Positions 26,311-39,899 of a stretch of DNA of 64,000 nt are shown here, in pieces. The notes below the pieces were generated by a model. The model had not been told where the DNA came from. It saw nothing but the letters and a program-made list of their open reading frames with translations, and did no database searches. The position numbers and the translations under genes are program-made. This DNA is from Octopus sinensis (taxonomy: Eukaryota), in NCBI RefSeq assembly GCF_006345805.1, contig NC_043005.1, forward strand, positions 107,446,001 through 107,510,000. Direction: 5' to 3'. Numbering within the stretch: the stretch's first letter is position 1; each line of letters opens with the position of its first letter.

Positions 26311-26699
26311 ACAGAATATAATCGTAGGAAATCTAGCTACATCCTGTCATGGAGCTAAATGCAAGATGTGCTTCTGTTATCACTGACACAAGATGCTGTT
26401 GAGGGTAAAAATGTTGGAAGACAATTTCTCTCTCTTGCTGTTGTATTTGGGGTGAACAGGTATATTAATTTTTGTGTGCATTAATTTTCGTGCGCAGGTA
26501 TATAATCTTAAGTTGCACAATAAGGCAAAACAGTTAATCTGATAAGGCACAACAAGAAAGTGTACATTTCAAGACACAATCGCCCACATAACACATACTC
26601 CTTTGTGAATGACCCGAAAGAGTATACTTCAAACATGAATGTATTAATAGGAACATTCTCATGTTTACACTATTCTCAAAGAAGAAAGATATAGAGTTT

Positions 26700-26915
26700 A
26701 CTCTTTTACTTGTTTCAGTCATTTGACTGCGGCCATGCTGGGGCACCGCCTTTTAGTCGAGCAAATCGACCCCAGGACTTATATTTTTGTAAGGCTAGTA
26801 CTTATTCTATCGGTCTCTTTTGCCGAACCGCTAGGTAACGGGGACGTAAACACACCAGCATCGGTTGTCAAGCGATGTTGGTGGTGGTGTGGGGAACACA
26901 GACACACACACAAAA

Positions 26916-26953
<38 letters not shown>

Positions 26954-27110
26954 GACGGGCTTCTTTCCAGTTTCCGTCTACCGAATCCACTCACAAGGCT
27001 TTGGTCGGCCCGAGGCTATAGTAGAAGACACTTGCCCAAGTTGCCACGCAGTGGGACTGAACCCGGAACCATGTGGTTGGTAAGCAGGTTATTTATCACA
27101 CACCCACGAG
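26700..27110 (-). mobile_element. SINE family B
   Basis: Reverse complement of 8802-9175 with an internal (TA)n/(CA)n tract. Confidence 0.9.
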
Positions 27111-28659
27111 CACGATAAATATTTCCCGCTTGATTATAAACAGGAGAGAAAGCTACTAATTTCTAGAAATGACCCGTATTTTTCGATAATGCCTGAGAAG
27201 AGTTTGCAGAAGGTACAGCAAGATAGATGGTAAAATAACCCATAAATATTTGGGTGGGATAAGGAATAGTTGGCGGTATAAGGGCCGGATGGAAGATACA
27301 ATCCCTTAATAGCAAAAGTCAAGGTCACGCAATGTCTTTTCTGTACTAGTCTTCATATCAGTTTTTGAATTGTTCGATTAGATTCTACTTGGCATACGGG
27401 GCAGGTTAACCTCCAAACTTTTCGTTACCGCCAGAAATGTCTACATTTGTACTTGTGTTAATCTCTCAAATTACACCGAAACGGAGGTTTGATGCAAATC
27501 AATCTCTCTTTTAAGATACCTCATATCGTTTTGAAACCAGATATAAACCACTAAATGTCGAGGAGGATTTATGGATAATTTTTGAGTGCCAGCAGCAAAC
27601 AGCTTCAAAAGATTAGGAAAGGACCTCCTCGAGATTATTTTACATGAATGATGGTCAAAGTAATATCTGAAGCCGTACCACAAGAAAAGAAGAAAGCAGA
27701 AAGAGGAAAAGCTTTCTTCCTAATAGAGTAGAAAATGTCTGGCCTAGTTGTCATAATTCTACATTGTTTCAGAAGCAAATATAACCAAAAGTTGGTTTAC
27801 CAACATTTATTTTGAGGGATACGCTTCTAAAATGTTCCAATGGGAAAAATCAACTATATGCGTGATAACAAAACAGAAAGGTAGATAAGCATGCAGGGAA
27901 AACAGCTATAGTAGTTGCAATTATTTCCGAAAAATTGACCGACATCGTTAGCAACTCTCTGAAATGATATCAGGCTATATTATTACTTCGTAGCATATTA
28001 GAGGGGTCACAACACAACGATGCAATTCTTAGCTAGGTTTGACCTGTTATAAAAAATTACAGTGACGTTGACGACAATACTCACCAACATTTTGGAAAAG
28101 ATCATGTAAAGTTTTCCTGAAAAACCCTCTAAAAATTAGGTATGGACAGATCTATGAAAATTTTCTTTCGTTGTGAAAATGGGATAAAAACGTTTATACT
28201 GAAATATAAAAGAGCCTGCAGACACTTCTGAACGATAATTGTAGCGCTATACTTGTGATTAGCGGGGTAATTTTATATGTAGGTAATCGCATCAAAACTA
28301 GTTTTGAGATGTTGGTTTCTTTACTAAAAATGATAGGCTTATTAAGAGATTACAATAACCAGACTTAGGTTTTAATGGGAATATATTTGATATCCATATA
28401 TATATATACATGCATTTATACACGTAAGTGGTTATAAGGAAAAAGACAGGCACACACAATAATGTACCCGTATACTCATATTAGCATACATGCCTGTATG
28501 CGTATGCATATGCATGGATTCGATACCTTCAAATTCCCTATAATAGTTGTGTTTCGGAGCTGTAAATCATCTCTTAGTCTATTGATAAGAGCCTTTATAT
28601 ATAATAAAAAATAAATTATACATAAATAAATAATATAATATATTACTATGTATATATAT

Positions 28660-28773
<114 letters not shown>

Positions 28774-28784
28774 TATATAAATTA

Positions 28785-29109
28785 ACAATTGAGGATAAAA
28801 TCTTTAAAAGAAATTATCAGTAGTCAGCGTGAAAAACCTCGTAAGAGAAAAAATCCGTAAATCTTCCTCTTTGAAAATATTCATTATATTATATTGAGGG
28901 TACTACTATTCGTAGATACCTGATGAACATAAAATGCATATTCTGCATTTAAATGCGAAATCACATGTGATATGAACTGAATTCTTTTTTAAAATGATGT
29001 GTGTTTTGAAGTTTTGCATTCGGTAAATTTTATTATTTTTAGTAGTTTTGACCGCATTGGTCCCTCTTAGCGTGTTGGTATCTACGAATAGTAGTACCCT
29101 CAATATAAT

Positions 29110-29112
<3 letters not shown>
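28785..29112. mobile_element. Fold-back module in (TA)n (36-bp perfect arms) with hammerhead-like motifs
   Basis: Arms 28885-28920 and 29077-29112. Plus strand 28920-28972 reads CTGATGA-ACAT..ATGC-GAA-ATCACATGTGAT-A (perfect 12-nt palindrome as stem III; stem I not evident). Minus strand ~29070-29043 has a degenerate core with a GACC/GGTC stem. Confidence 0.6.
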
Positions 29113-29152
<40 letters not shown>

Positions 29153-29328
29153 ATATATAAAAATACAAAATGGGACAAGAACGCAAAACATTCAAATAGA
29201 CGACACAAAAAACGGACGGGTCATTCGAAGCCTCTAATCTTCAGTCAAGAACCGGATCATCCTCGCAATTTCGGCTTATATATATAACACACACACACAC
29301 ATATATATAACAATAAATATATATACAT

Positions 29329-29393
<65 letters not shown>

Positions 29394-29998
29394 TACACAT
29401 GTATATACATATATGCACATATACATGGAAGCACATACATGCAGGCACAAAAACATACAGAGGCCTATAGACATTCACTACTTTGACAAAATAATGAAGA
29501 AAATTTCACAATGTGAATGTTGGGTGTCTTCAGAAAGGAAATGGATATTCTCCAATCCACGATATTTGATGACACAAATATGAAGTAAGCGCTAGGGCAG
29601 CAGTATCATATTCCCTCATGCACGAAATGGGTAAAGGCCCAGAGGAAACACGAATGCAATGATGATGATGTGTAATCCCAATACAAAGAAGAAACCAAAT
29701 AAGGAAGAGGACTTTGAAAAGGGTACTAATTCACAGGGTACTCCAACATGGTCGTAGTTGCATAGATGAAACACATAAAAGAATAAAGGAACATGTACAT
29801 ATGTATGTATATATGTATACGTGCATGTACTTATACATATATATACATATATGTATTTATATGCTTGTGTATATGTATATATCTGTGTGCACATATATGT
29901 TTATATGTATATATATAAATATATATATGTATATATATATGTATGTGCACATATATGTTTATACATATATATATATATCTGTGTGTGTGCATATATGT

Positions 29999-30036
<38 letters not shown>

Positions 30037-31289
30037 ATACATTCACGTATATACGTATATTTACATTTATATATATATATATACACACATGTAGAAGCAC
30101 TTACATAAAGACATATCCACATACGTAGATACATGTCTATCCTTATCCGTAATAAATCTTTTTATTCTTCACTTTTCACAAATCATTTTACTCCCATCTA
30201 CTCTGTGAAATTGTCCCAAATAAATTGTGATAGCGGCATCAATTTTTGCAACATTACCAGACAATTGTATATCATCAAAAATTTATTACAAAGACATTAT
30301 TCCATTGCAATGTTTAATGGGCTTCCCTATGATGATGTTGATTTTTTGCTGCAATTTTGTCATTTGTTTATTTTGTTTTAGTTTATATTTTTTATTTTTT
30401 ATTCTTCCCTTCTACCACCCATCATACGCTTCCTTCCTGCAGCAAATTTTGCTTGTATTAGAATTTCTTTCAGGTTAATGTGTACATATATTTTTTTAAT
30501 TGATGATGTTCTATAACTATTGATTTTTCCGATTCCAAATTGACTTTGTTATCATTATTGTTATTGTTGCTGTTGCTGGCGTTTTAACTTTAGATTTGTC
30601 ATTTTTTCCGTCCAATTGCATGTTTATAATACGTTTCATGTTTTCTTTTAAAATTTTATTATATTACTTCTTTCGTTTCTTATTTTATACAATTTATTCA
30701 CTCCATGTGTGTCAGTTTAGCTGTATGCTTCAAACTGCGTATCTGACTGTATCTCTTTGTCTTTCTCTATCTCCCTCTTTCATTCTCTCTCTCTCTCTCT
30801 CCCTTCCTCATATTCCTATGTGCTCATCCATTCTACATTAAACTATCTATCCATTTATCAAGCCGTTTACTTAGCTATCCATAATTACACACACACGCGG
30901 ACACACACACGCACAAACATACATACATGCATGCACATACATATACATGCATAAATACATGCAATTTATGGGACATATATCTATGTATTTAAATATACGT
31001 ATTCATCTGTACTCATATATACATATAAGCATACATATACATACATACATGCATATATATATGTGTGTGTGTGTGTGTATGATGTGATATTAACAATGTG
31101 TCTGTATCAGTCTTAAATAACACCGATCTGTTCCCGACCTTTTGTTATCCATGCCTCTCAATTGCTCTATATCATAACATTTATCTTTTGTTTACCATTG
31201 TTTGTCAATATATAGCATTTGACTTCCCTCATCTTAGAGGTTATAATCATTCAGTTTAATCTTATAAATAATATTGTGTCTTGCTTTTC

Positions 31290-31395
31290 GCACTTTCGGG
31301 GTCGATAAAATAAGCCCCAATGGAACACTGGTGTCGATGTAATCGTCTCATCTCCTTCCCCAAAATTGCTAGCCTTGTGGAAAAATTTGAAACCC
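31290..31395 (+). mobile_element. Family A-related SINE 3' fragment (older tail)
   Basis: CTTTCGGGGTCGATAAAATAAG...CCCCAAAATTGCTAGCCTTGTGG. Confidence 0.7.
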
Positions 31396-31399
31396 AGAT

Positions 31400-32110
31400 G
31401 GACTTGTTTGAGTTGCACGTATAGTAACGAAACCGTTCTGTGCGTCCTTATTTAGTGTCTGAGCATTGCTGACTTGAGGGGTTATGTAGAACAGATGTTG
31501 TCATGTTTGGGATGGATCCGTCTGTCGGTCGAGTCTGTAGCGATGATTGCACCGCCGCCCTCCGAGCAGGCAAGGAAGTTCTCCTTTGCCTGCTGGCTGT
31601 GGCGAAAGAGGTTGTTTGGTGGACAAGGCTGAAAGGCAAGAGGACAGATTCATTCCTCTTTAGTAGAGCTCTCATTAACTTTTTCAATTTCCTTGAAAAG
31701 GAAATTGAGAGTGGAAAGGGAAGAGCTGTCCTCGTTTTAGTTTATTGAAAGGTGGGTGAAAGTTGCAAAAATGGCAAGTGTGGAAGATACCTTTCTAATT
31801 GTAGACATGTGAGTCGGAGAGACGGAATTGGAGACGGCACTTACTCCTAGGGTTTTAGAGAAATCTCGGATAGTGGGATTCTTCGATTATCCCTAGAGGC
31901 TTCCCTGTATCAGGAGGGCCACATCTCTATCATCCTCCCCCTTTTTTATCATTGTATGCTAATCATACATCCCTTCTTTTTCAGTCTATATACCGTGAAT
32001 ACTTTAATTTTGTTTTTATCATTTCATTATCATATGTAAACTGCCACACTTTGTGTCTATCTCTGTATTGTGTCCCTCATCCTTCGCCCTTGTGGCAAAC
32101 AAATGAAATC
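31400..32110 (+). mobile_element. Tx1/L1-like non-LTR retrotransposon 3' end
   Basis: ETVLCVLI*CLSIADL (zinc-knuckle remnant), CLLAVAKEVVWWTRLKG, ERWVKVAKMA. The 3' UTR ends TGTCCCTCATCCTTCGCCCTTGTGGCAAACAAATGAAATC. Confidence 0.65.
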
Positions 32111-32693
32111 CTTATTATTATCATCATCATCCTCATCATCATCGACAACAAAGCAACAACAACAACAATAACATTATTATTGCTAATACTGTCAGAGCAG
32201 GCTGGATTGCTAGAATAGTTATATTGTTGGACAAGGCTATTTAGTTACGGCCCTTTAAATTCTTATTTCTGTAGAAATCCTGCCGAAGTGAACTTTGTAT
32301 GTCAACCGTGCAGTGTTAATAAATTAAAATATTAATTAGTTTGATCGATATGACCGATTTTTATCTTACCATTAAAACATGTGTCTAAGAGCATCTCTTA
32401 GATATCAATATAGTTAACGTGGAAGTCTTTTGACAGATTGCTTAGCGCATCGGACTAAATACCCACAGGTATTTAATGAAAGTCCCTAACGTTTTGTTAC
32501 CAATTTTTGCCATAGTCATTCTTGATACTTATATTATTACTAATTAGGAAAATAAAGTATTAATCAAGTACTATGATTGATTTAAAAGTTGATGTCCTCT
32601 CCTCAAAATATGCAGTGAATTTTGATATAAGAATTTAATATTATTACATATAAGATGACCGGTTGGTGGGGTCGTTAGACGGCAGATAGAATA

Positions 32694-32920
32694 AGGCGGT
32701 TAGTTGGCAGAAACGTTAGCACGCCGGGCGAAATGCTTAGCGGTATTTCGTTTGCCGCTACGTTCTGAGTTCAAATTTCGTCGACTTTGCCTTTCATCCT
32801 TTCGGGGTCGATTAAATAAGTACCAGTTACACACTGGGGTCGATATAATCGACTTAATCCGTTTGTCTGTCCTTGTTTATCCACTCTATGTTTAGCTCCT
32901 TGTGGGCAGTAAAGAAATAA
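32694..32920 (+). mobile_element. SINE family A (preceded by degenerate copies at 32200-32600)
   Basis: Clear homology to the other family A copies. Confidence 0.88.
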
Positions 32921-33160
32921 TAATATTTTGAAGATTCGTTCCATCTCTCTGTGATTTATCTTGGAATTACATCGGAGGTAAACGATTATCTCCATTGTTT
33001 TTGCAAAACTTAAATACTGTGTTCAATATTTTTCGTCTGTTTCTCGTTTTCTGAGGACTAGGTATATTATGCATCGCATCTAGAAGGCCGTGTAAGACAC
33101 AATCAAAATGTATGGCTTTCAGAAAGGAAGAGTGACACAACAGATATAATGTCAGAGAAA

Positions 33161-33391
33161 AGGCGTCGAGCTAGCAGAAGCATTAGCACGCCGGGCGAAA
33201 TACTTAGCAGTATTTCGTCTGCCGCTACGTTCTGAGTTCAAATTCGGCCGAGGTCGACTTTGCCTTTCATCATTTCGGGGTCGATTAAATAAGTACCAGT
33301 TACGTACTGGGGTCGATATAATCGACTTAATCCGTTTGTCTGTCCTTGTTTGTCTTCTCTGTGTTTAGCCCCTTGTGGGTAGTAAAGGAAT
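33161..33391 (+). mobile_element. SINE family A, 16-bp TSD
   Basis: AGATATAATGTCAGAG at 33142-33157 and 33392-33407. Confidence 0.92.
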
Positions 33392-36055
33392 AGATATAAT
33401 GTCAGAGTCTCCAGAGAACTAAGAAAAGTTCCTCGCTCCCAAAGATTTGGTTGCCAAAGAGAGAGGATGCTACCTGTATGACACATGCGATCTAATAATG
33501 TATGATCAGAAATGTTCTGATTGTATGAGATGACACCAATACTCATTGTATGAAACAGCAAACATTCTGTATAAGAATTGGCTCCAACACAGTATATTAT
33601 AATTGTAAAATATATGTGAACCTGCTCAAGGAAGGAAATGTATGTTCGTGGAAATAAATGTACACATTGAGTGCGCTATACTCAGGTGATAGTACATATA
33701 TGGCATTAGGTGCGTTTGTATATATATATACATATGTGTGTTTATGTGTGTGTGTATGTATGTGTGTGCATGTATGTATGCGTCTCTATCTTTGTCTCTA
33801 CATATATATAATGAGAGAGAGTGAGTAAAAGAAATTTGTGTGTGTGTGTGTGTGTGCGTGTGTGTGCGTATGTATCTACGTGCGTGTTTGTAATTTTTTT
33901 GTAATATGTCATTTGAGAGTGCTACTTACAAATAACTCTTTGCAACCTAATGTACAGTTGGACCGCCGCTGATTAACTGGATAGTAAGTTAAGGTTACGT
34001 TATTCTGAGCACCATGAACGATGAGAAACAAGTTCTGATAAAAAGCAGACGATTATAGGGGTGTAGGTTGCAAGCTATTAATGTGCACATGTACACACTA
34101 AATAGTGGTATACAAGCTTAATAGCATGTTTTCATGTTGTTGTTTTCTATTAATGGGGCTGGCTATGAAATGTTTAACCTTTCTACAGGTTCAAAATTGG
34201 TAACAGTAAGTCGTACAAAAGAATGGGACCGGTTGCAACATGCTGTTATCTTTGGTTAGAAACATGATGCGGGACTAAAGTTGGAGATATGCTTATGACC
34301 TAGAAACACACTAAGTTAGATGATGTTTTAAGATTAGCAGATCTCCTTCACTACTATAGTAGCGTCCTGTTTTCTCCTTCAAGGGCAATAGCCTTGCAAC
34401 AACTGTACCTGCAAGTCTAGTTGTCTTGGTACACCTGAATTATGTCACAGAGCATTTGTGTGAAGAAGGAAAAGTGTCTCTGATGTGCGTACAGTTTTTT
34501 CCCACTTAAAAACAAGCATTGCATTGCCAACCTTTTGTACAAATGACAAAAATCTAGGTAATACATGATGCACAACATCAAGCTACAAGTCTAATAGTTT
34601 CGTTCTGGTACTTGACGTAGTTCTGCAGCAACGAAAAATCTTCAATTTTGTCTTATCAGGGAGTACAGTAGTGGTTATCTGTCGCACACCCCATATTGAA
34701 ATTCTACATAGTCGTTTAGGGTCTTCATTGACGGTTGAATGTTTTTTTTTTCTCGCTGCAGACTGTAAACATGGTGGTAGAGGTGGTACCACGGATTTGC
34801 GTCAATGAAATACCACCACTACTGTCACTTCAAACACTAGGAATGTGTTGTGTAGACGGGTGCAATGGAGATACTCCGGGCTTCTGCATAGCTGTATCTC
34901 CTAATGAGGAGCCGTACTTTTAAAGGCATTGTCTTCATTGATCACCAGTTGACTATATAAATGTATGCACATTCATCTCCATTTTCCCGCTTTAATTCTT
35001 AATCTCTTGCTAGTTTTATTTGTCATTTTATATACTTATCGGCAGTTACTTTATCATATCAAATCTGAGGGTTTAACTATCATCAATTAAAAAATAGATC
35101 GAACTTCATCGGTTACGTAGATGAATATTCCATAGATACTTGTACTCGTAATGCAATGCAAAGAACAGAACGTCAAATTGGGTACATTGCACGAAATCCA
35201 ACTGACATCCATATCTTTTGTCCCTTTAATTTCTTTCCCAAACCAAAGGTCATAAAATAAACGTTCCCAAGGAAGCCATCCTATAGGATTGAACCGAAGG
35301 TGTCATAATTGCAAAAAGAACTTAATCTCATGGCAATAAGAACACATTCTACATACAAACATCTACATATACCCACACAAAGACACACATATATATATGC
35401 GTGTGTGTGAGGGCGTGCAATGGAATGTATACCGAGACGTATACAAACATAACTAAATACAAGCTTGTGAATAATGACCCAGTAATAAAGCGTATAGATT
35501 TAATGACTTTGAAGAATCACCCGGACAATGGTTGACAAATGGTAAATGAGAGAATATATTAGAAATCCGACTGGAATACAAAACGGTAAATAATATGAAA
35601 GCGACAAAGCGAGAAAGTACTGAAAGTGGAAGACTGTAAATTTTAAATAATGGTTATTGGAAGAGCAAGACAGTGTCAAATAAAGCAGAACAGGAAGAAG
35701 CAACGAATGGCGTTTGATGTTAAATAGAAAGAGAAATCAAACTATTAGTAAATATATGAATAAAATTAAGAGACTGACAGACTGAAAAATGTGTAAATGT
35801 TGATGTGTACATTGAGTTAAAGGAAAAAAACCACACACATAGTTATATACATACATACATACATACATACATACATACAAACACACACGCACGCACACAC
35901 ATATATATGTTTATATGTGTATATTCGTACATACATATGTGTGAATGAATGTATGTACATATATGGATATATACATATCTGATATATAATATATATATAT
36001 ACATGCGCATATGTATTTATTTATATATATGTATATATATATATATATATGTATG

Positions 36056-36113
<58 letters not shown>

Positions 36114-36149
36114 TGTATGTATGTATGTATGTGTGTGTGTGTATGTGTG

Positions 36150-36350
36150 TATAATATGTGATCGCGTGTGTATCGTTGGCGGTTTTTTCCTCCATCTTCC
36201 CTTCCTTGGATCTTTCCTTTTTCTATGTTTCTGACGAAGAGCTCCGCTCGAAACGTTATGTCCTCCTTCTTTCTTTTCTTTCCTGAGTATCCAATAACAC
36301 TATACTTGTTCCACGTCCTCGTGTTGTGTTTTCTCTTTGCGTTTTCAATA
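36150..36350 (+). mobile_element. Penelope-like terminal-repeat fragment with a minimal hammerhead (36227-36261)
   Basis: Homologous to 54735-54945. Contains GTTT-CTGACGA-A-GAGC-TCC-GCTC-GAAAC-GTT. Confidence 0.7.
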
Positions 36351-36623
36351 ACAGGTATGTCAGGTACATCGCTTAAGATGATGAAAAATGTATAACCAAC
36401 AGTATAAATAAAGAAAATGCAATTTAAACTATATTATACGGGATTATCTCATCAGGACGAAGCATACAGGAGCGTACTGTGCCGTAACGAAGAAGCATAA
36501 TGCATAATGAGCAATTTAAGTGTAATATCTGCACGGCAATTATATTGAAAAGTAAATAGGGAAGCATAATTTCAAGAGACATGAACCATGCTACAAACGT
36601 ACTAACATGCCTCTGTACACAAT

Positions 36624-37010
36624 GGATGGAAGCACTCCGTCGGGTACGACGACGAGGGTTCCGATTGATCCGAATCAACGGAACAGCCTGCTCGTGAAAT
36701 TAACGTGTAAGTGGTTGAGCACTCCACAGACACGTGTACCCTTAACGTAGTTCTCGGGGATATTCAGCGTGACACAGAGAGTGACAAGGCCGGCCCTTTG
36801 AAATACAGGTACAACAGAAACAGGAAGTAAGAGTGAGATAAAGTTGTGGTGAAAGAGTACAGCAGGGATCACCACCATCCCCTGCCGGAGCCTCGTGGAG
36901 CTTTAGGTGTTTTCGCTCAATAAATACTCACAACGCCCGGTCTGGGAAACGAAACCGCGATCCTATGACCGCGAGTCCGGTGCCTTAACCACTGGGCCAT
37001 TGCACCTCCA
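36624..37010 (-). mobile_element. SINE family C (tRNA-like head), 13-bp TSD
   Basis: Minus-strand head GGAGGTGCAATGGCCCAGTGGTTAAGGCACCGGACTCGCGGTCATAGGATCGCGGTTTCG. TSD CTCTGTACACAAT at 36611-36623 and 37011-37023. Confidence 0.9.
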
Positions 37011-37280
37011 CTCTGTACACAATACATTCTCTACGAATGCATTTGTCAGCTTTGTTTCTTTGTCCATCAAACAGTGATAGTGTGTTTGTATTGATATTGT
37101 TTCAATTTTAGGTTCACCTAAAGTTAGATAAGAAAAGGAAATGCTCATGCATCATACTGGTTTCTCTCTATTCCTACTTAAGCATCCTCATACACGGTAT
37201 ATCTAATATAATAAATGCGTAAACAAATTTCTGTCAGTGTGTCACACTTAGTCCTCCCTCTCTTTTTTTGCCTTCCTTAA

Positions 37281-37311
<31 letters not shown>

Positions 37312-37344
37312 TTACACTATCTTTCCTCTTGGCACCTTAAGGTG

Positions 37345-37500
37345 CATCCACCTAGTACGTAATTGGTACTAATTTATCGATCCCGAAAGGATGAAACACA
37401 AAGTCGACCTCAGTGTGATTCGAACTGAAAGATTAATGGCGGACGAAATACTACAAAGCATTTTGCCCGGCGCACTAATGATTCAGCCAGCTCGACGCTT
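37345..37500 (-). mobile_element. Family A SINE fragment
   Basis: GGTACTAATTTATCGATCCCGAAAGGATGAAA...CAGCCAGCTCGACGC. Confidence 0.8.
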
Positions 37501-37639
37501 GAAAAATATTGGGCAAGTTTAATAAAATTTAATATACACTCAATGCATGAAGTGTCATTGTTGGGACTAAGGCCCAATGAAGAGCCCTCCATAGAAGCTA
37601 CCCTGAAGGCCGGCCGATAGGGTGGCTTTTCAGCTAGTA

Positions 37640-37820
37640 GATTGATCGCTAGCCATAAAATCATTTTTTTTTATTATTCTCTCTCTGTTTATTACTGTGT
37701 TCCTTTCTGTTGAAGAGCGTAGGCTCGAAACGTAAAAGACTCTCATTTCCCGAACGTTAAACTAATACATCTGGTTGTTGGTTACACACCCATCTTCGTC
37801 TTTTGTAAATTTCAACTATA
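37640..37820 (+). mobile_element. Penelope-like terminal fragment with a hammerhead-like motif (37703-37738), ending at a microsatellite
   Basis: CTTT-CTGTTGA-A-GAGC-GTAG-GCTC-GAAAC-GTA-AAAG. Homologous to 51205-51395 and 50495-50705. Confidence 0.65.
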
Positions 37821-37821
37821 T

Positions 37822-37853
<32 letters not shown>

Positions 37854-37919
37854 CACACACACATACACACATACACACACACACACACACACCACACCAC
37901 ACACACACACACATATATA

Positions 37920-37962
<43 letters not shown>

Positions 37963-37974
37963 TATATATAATTA

Positions 37975-38270
37975 AAGTTGTTTGTCCCTCTTCGAGCCAT
38001 GCCTGGCTCATAAGGTCCGTTTTCCGATTTCATTGGCGTATAGGTTCCTGGATGGAACGCCGGTCCGCCCCAGAGCTGCTAGATGCAGGAGGAAAGAACC
38101 AGCGAAAGTTCTGGCAAAAAGGTCAGCAGAAGTTCGCTGTAACCTTCAGCAGGAGCCGCGTGGATTTTAGCTGTTTCGCTCACAAACACTCACATCAGCC
38201 GATCTAAGATTCGAATCGATCCCACGACCGTAAGTCCGCTGCTCTAACCACTAGGCCATGTACCTCCACA
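37975..38270 (-). mobile_element. SINE related to family C
   Basis: Shares the head and GGAGCCGCGTGGA..TTTCGCTCA segment with 36624-37010. Confidence 0.75.
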
Positions 38271-38597
38271 CACACACATGTATAGATATGTGCGTCTGTG
38301 TCTGTATGTTTATTTTTATATTCTCATTCCCATTCCTATAAATATAAATATACAATTCAAAAACTAGCAGACAGACAAATATGGAGTAGTGAGGGCATGT
38401 CGTTGATGAAGTTGCGAGAAGCGACTAAAGGACACTGACGTGCATAGTTGATTGATTGACCGAAAGATTAATCAACAAATCGATTAGTTAATTGGTTAAA
38501 TGGTGAGCTAGTTGACTAATGAGAATGAAAATATGAAACAGAAACCCTGCGTGTGCTTCTTGTTGGCATTATGCCGCCTCTGAAACTACAGCAGGGT

Positions 38598-38741
<144 letters not shown>

Positions 38742-39054
38742 TCTTCCACAACCTAACCATTCTGGCATTCCAACAATTATTGATTTCTAACAAATAATGT
38801 TGAATGATAATTACAATGTTGATGAAAATAATTATGATGATGATAATAATGTTTTAACATTAGCAAAAGGAAATATTAATATTTTGTGGGAATCGATTTA
38901 TCGAAACAGTAGTTAAGTATGAGTTTATTGCTCTTGCAAGGGAAATACACTCACTAGTCTCCGGCGGGATTAACAATATCACGAAGAATACTATCACTCA
39001 GTAATAATAATTATAATAGTGGTTGCTTTTCTTTTCTTTTTCATTTCCAAACAG

Positions 39055-39140
39055 ATATATGCATATTATAAGAGAGCACGCCATGACATCGTATGAAATC
39101 AGACATGAAAAAACAAAAGAAGAGTTTTATTTACAGCTGG
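39055..39140 (+). CDS. Candidate host exon encoding the N-terminus of a NATD1-like GNAT acetyltransferase
   Basis: Polypyrimidine tract plus CAG acceptor (39052-39054), GCCATG at 39083, MTSYEIRHEKTKEEFYLQL-G, and a phase-1 donor G|GTAAC. The peptide resembles, from memory, the NATD1 segment IRVEHDRRRRQFTVRLNG. No downstream exon was recognised in the window. Confidence 0.5.
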
Positions 39141-39149
39141 GTAACATCC

Positions 39150-39510
39150 ATCAGTCCCATTTCAGAAGATCTCTTCGTCATATCATTCAATACCTGGACT
39201 ATCAAGGGAGAGCTCCTTATCCTCATTGTGGTCTCCGACCTATTCTTATATGCTTATATCCTGATATTTGCTCTATCATCACTCTCTTCCATGTTCTTTT
39301 TCAAATTTACTGAAGAGCAATGGTCTCGTCTCTGCAAAAAACGTTCTCCTCAAGTCCTACTTAAAGACTTGTTTAAGGTTTGGTCCAAGTGTAAAATTCT
39401 CCTATTCAAACCTCGAAATATTGTCACCTTGTTTTGCCATATTCTCCAGAGAGTGAAAAATGATTCTCCTACACTGTCAAAGAAGACCACTTTCGCAATG
39501 ATATTGTGGT
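39150..39510 (-). mobile_element. Degenerate RTE/L2-like LINE C-terminal fragment
   Basis: Weak minus-strand similarity only (LRRTFFAETRPLLFS-type segment), with many stops and frameshifts. Confidence 0.3.
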
Positions 39511-39565
39511 AACTGTTTGTGCTGTGTACATACAAAATAATACTAAAGGTAGTTGGAATGCTGTA

Positions 39566-39626
<61 letters not shown>

Positions 39627-39899
39627 GAAACGATCACTTGGAATGATCAATAAAGGAAGTGAAAATTATTTGAGAGAATGAAAGTGATAATAATAATAAT
39701 ATAATTACCGGAACCCATAACAAAACCAAGCAAAAGGACGGCGGACGGATAATCATAAATACTATAAAATAGTTGATTTAGGAATTAGACACACACACTT
39801 ACACACATTAGTATGCAACACACGTCCAAAAACATATAAGGATAAACTCATAGAAGGCCCATACCCGACAAAAGAACACAACCTACGCTACACAATCAA

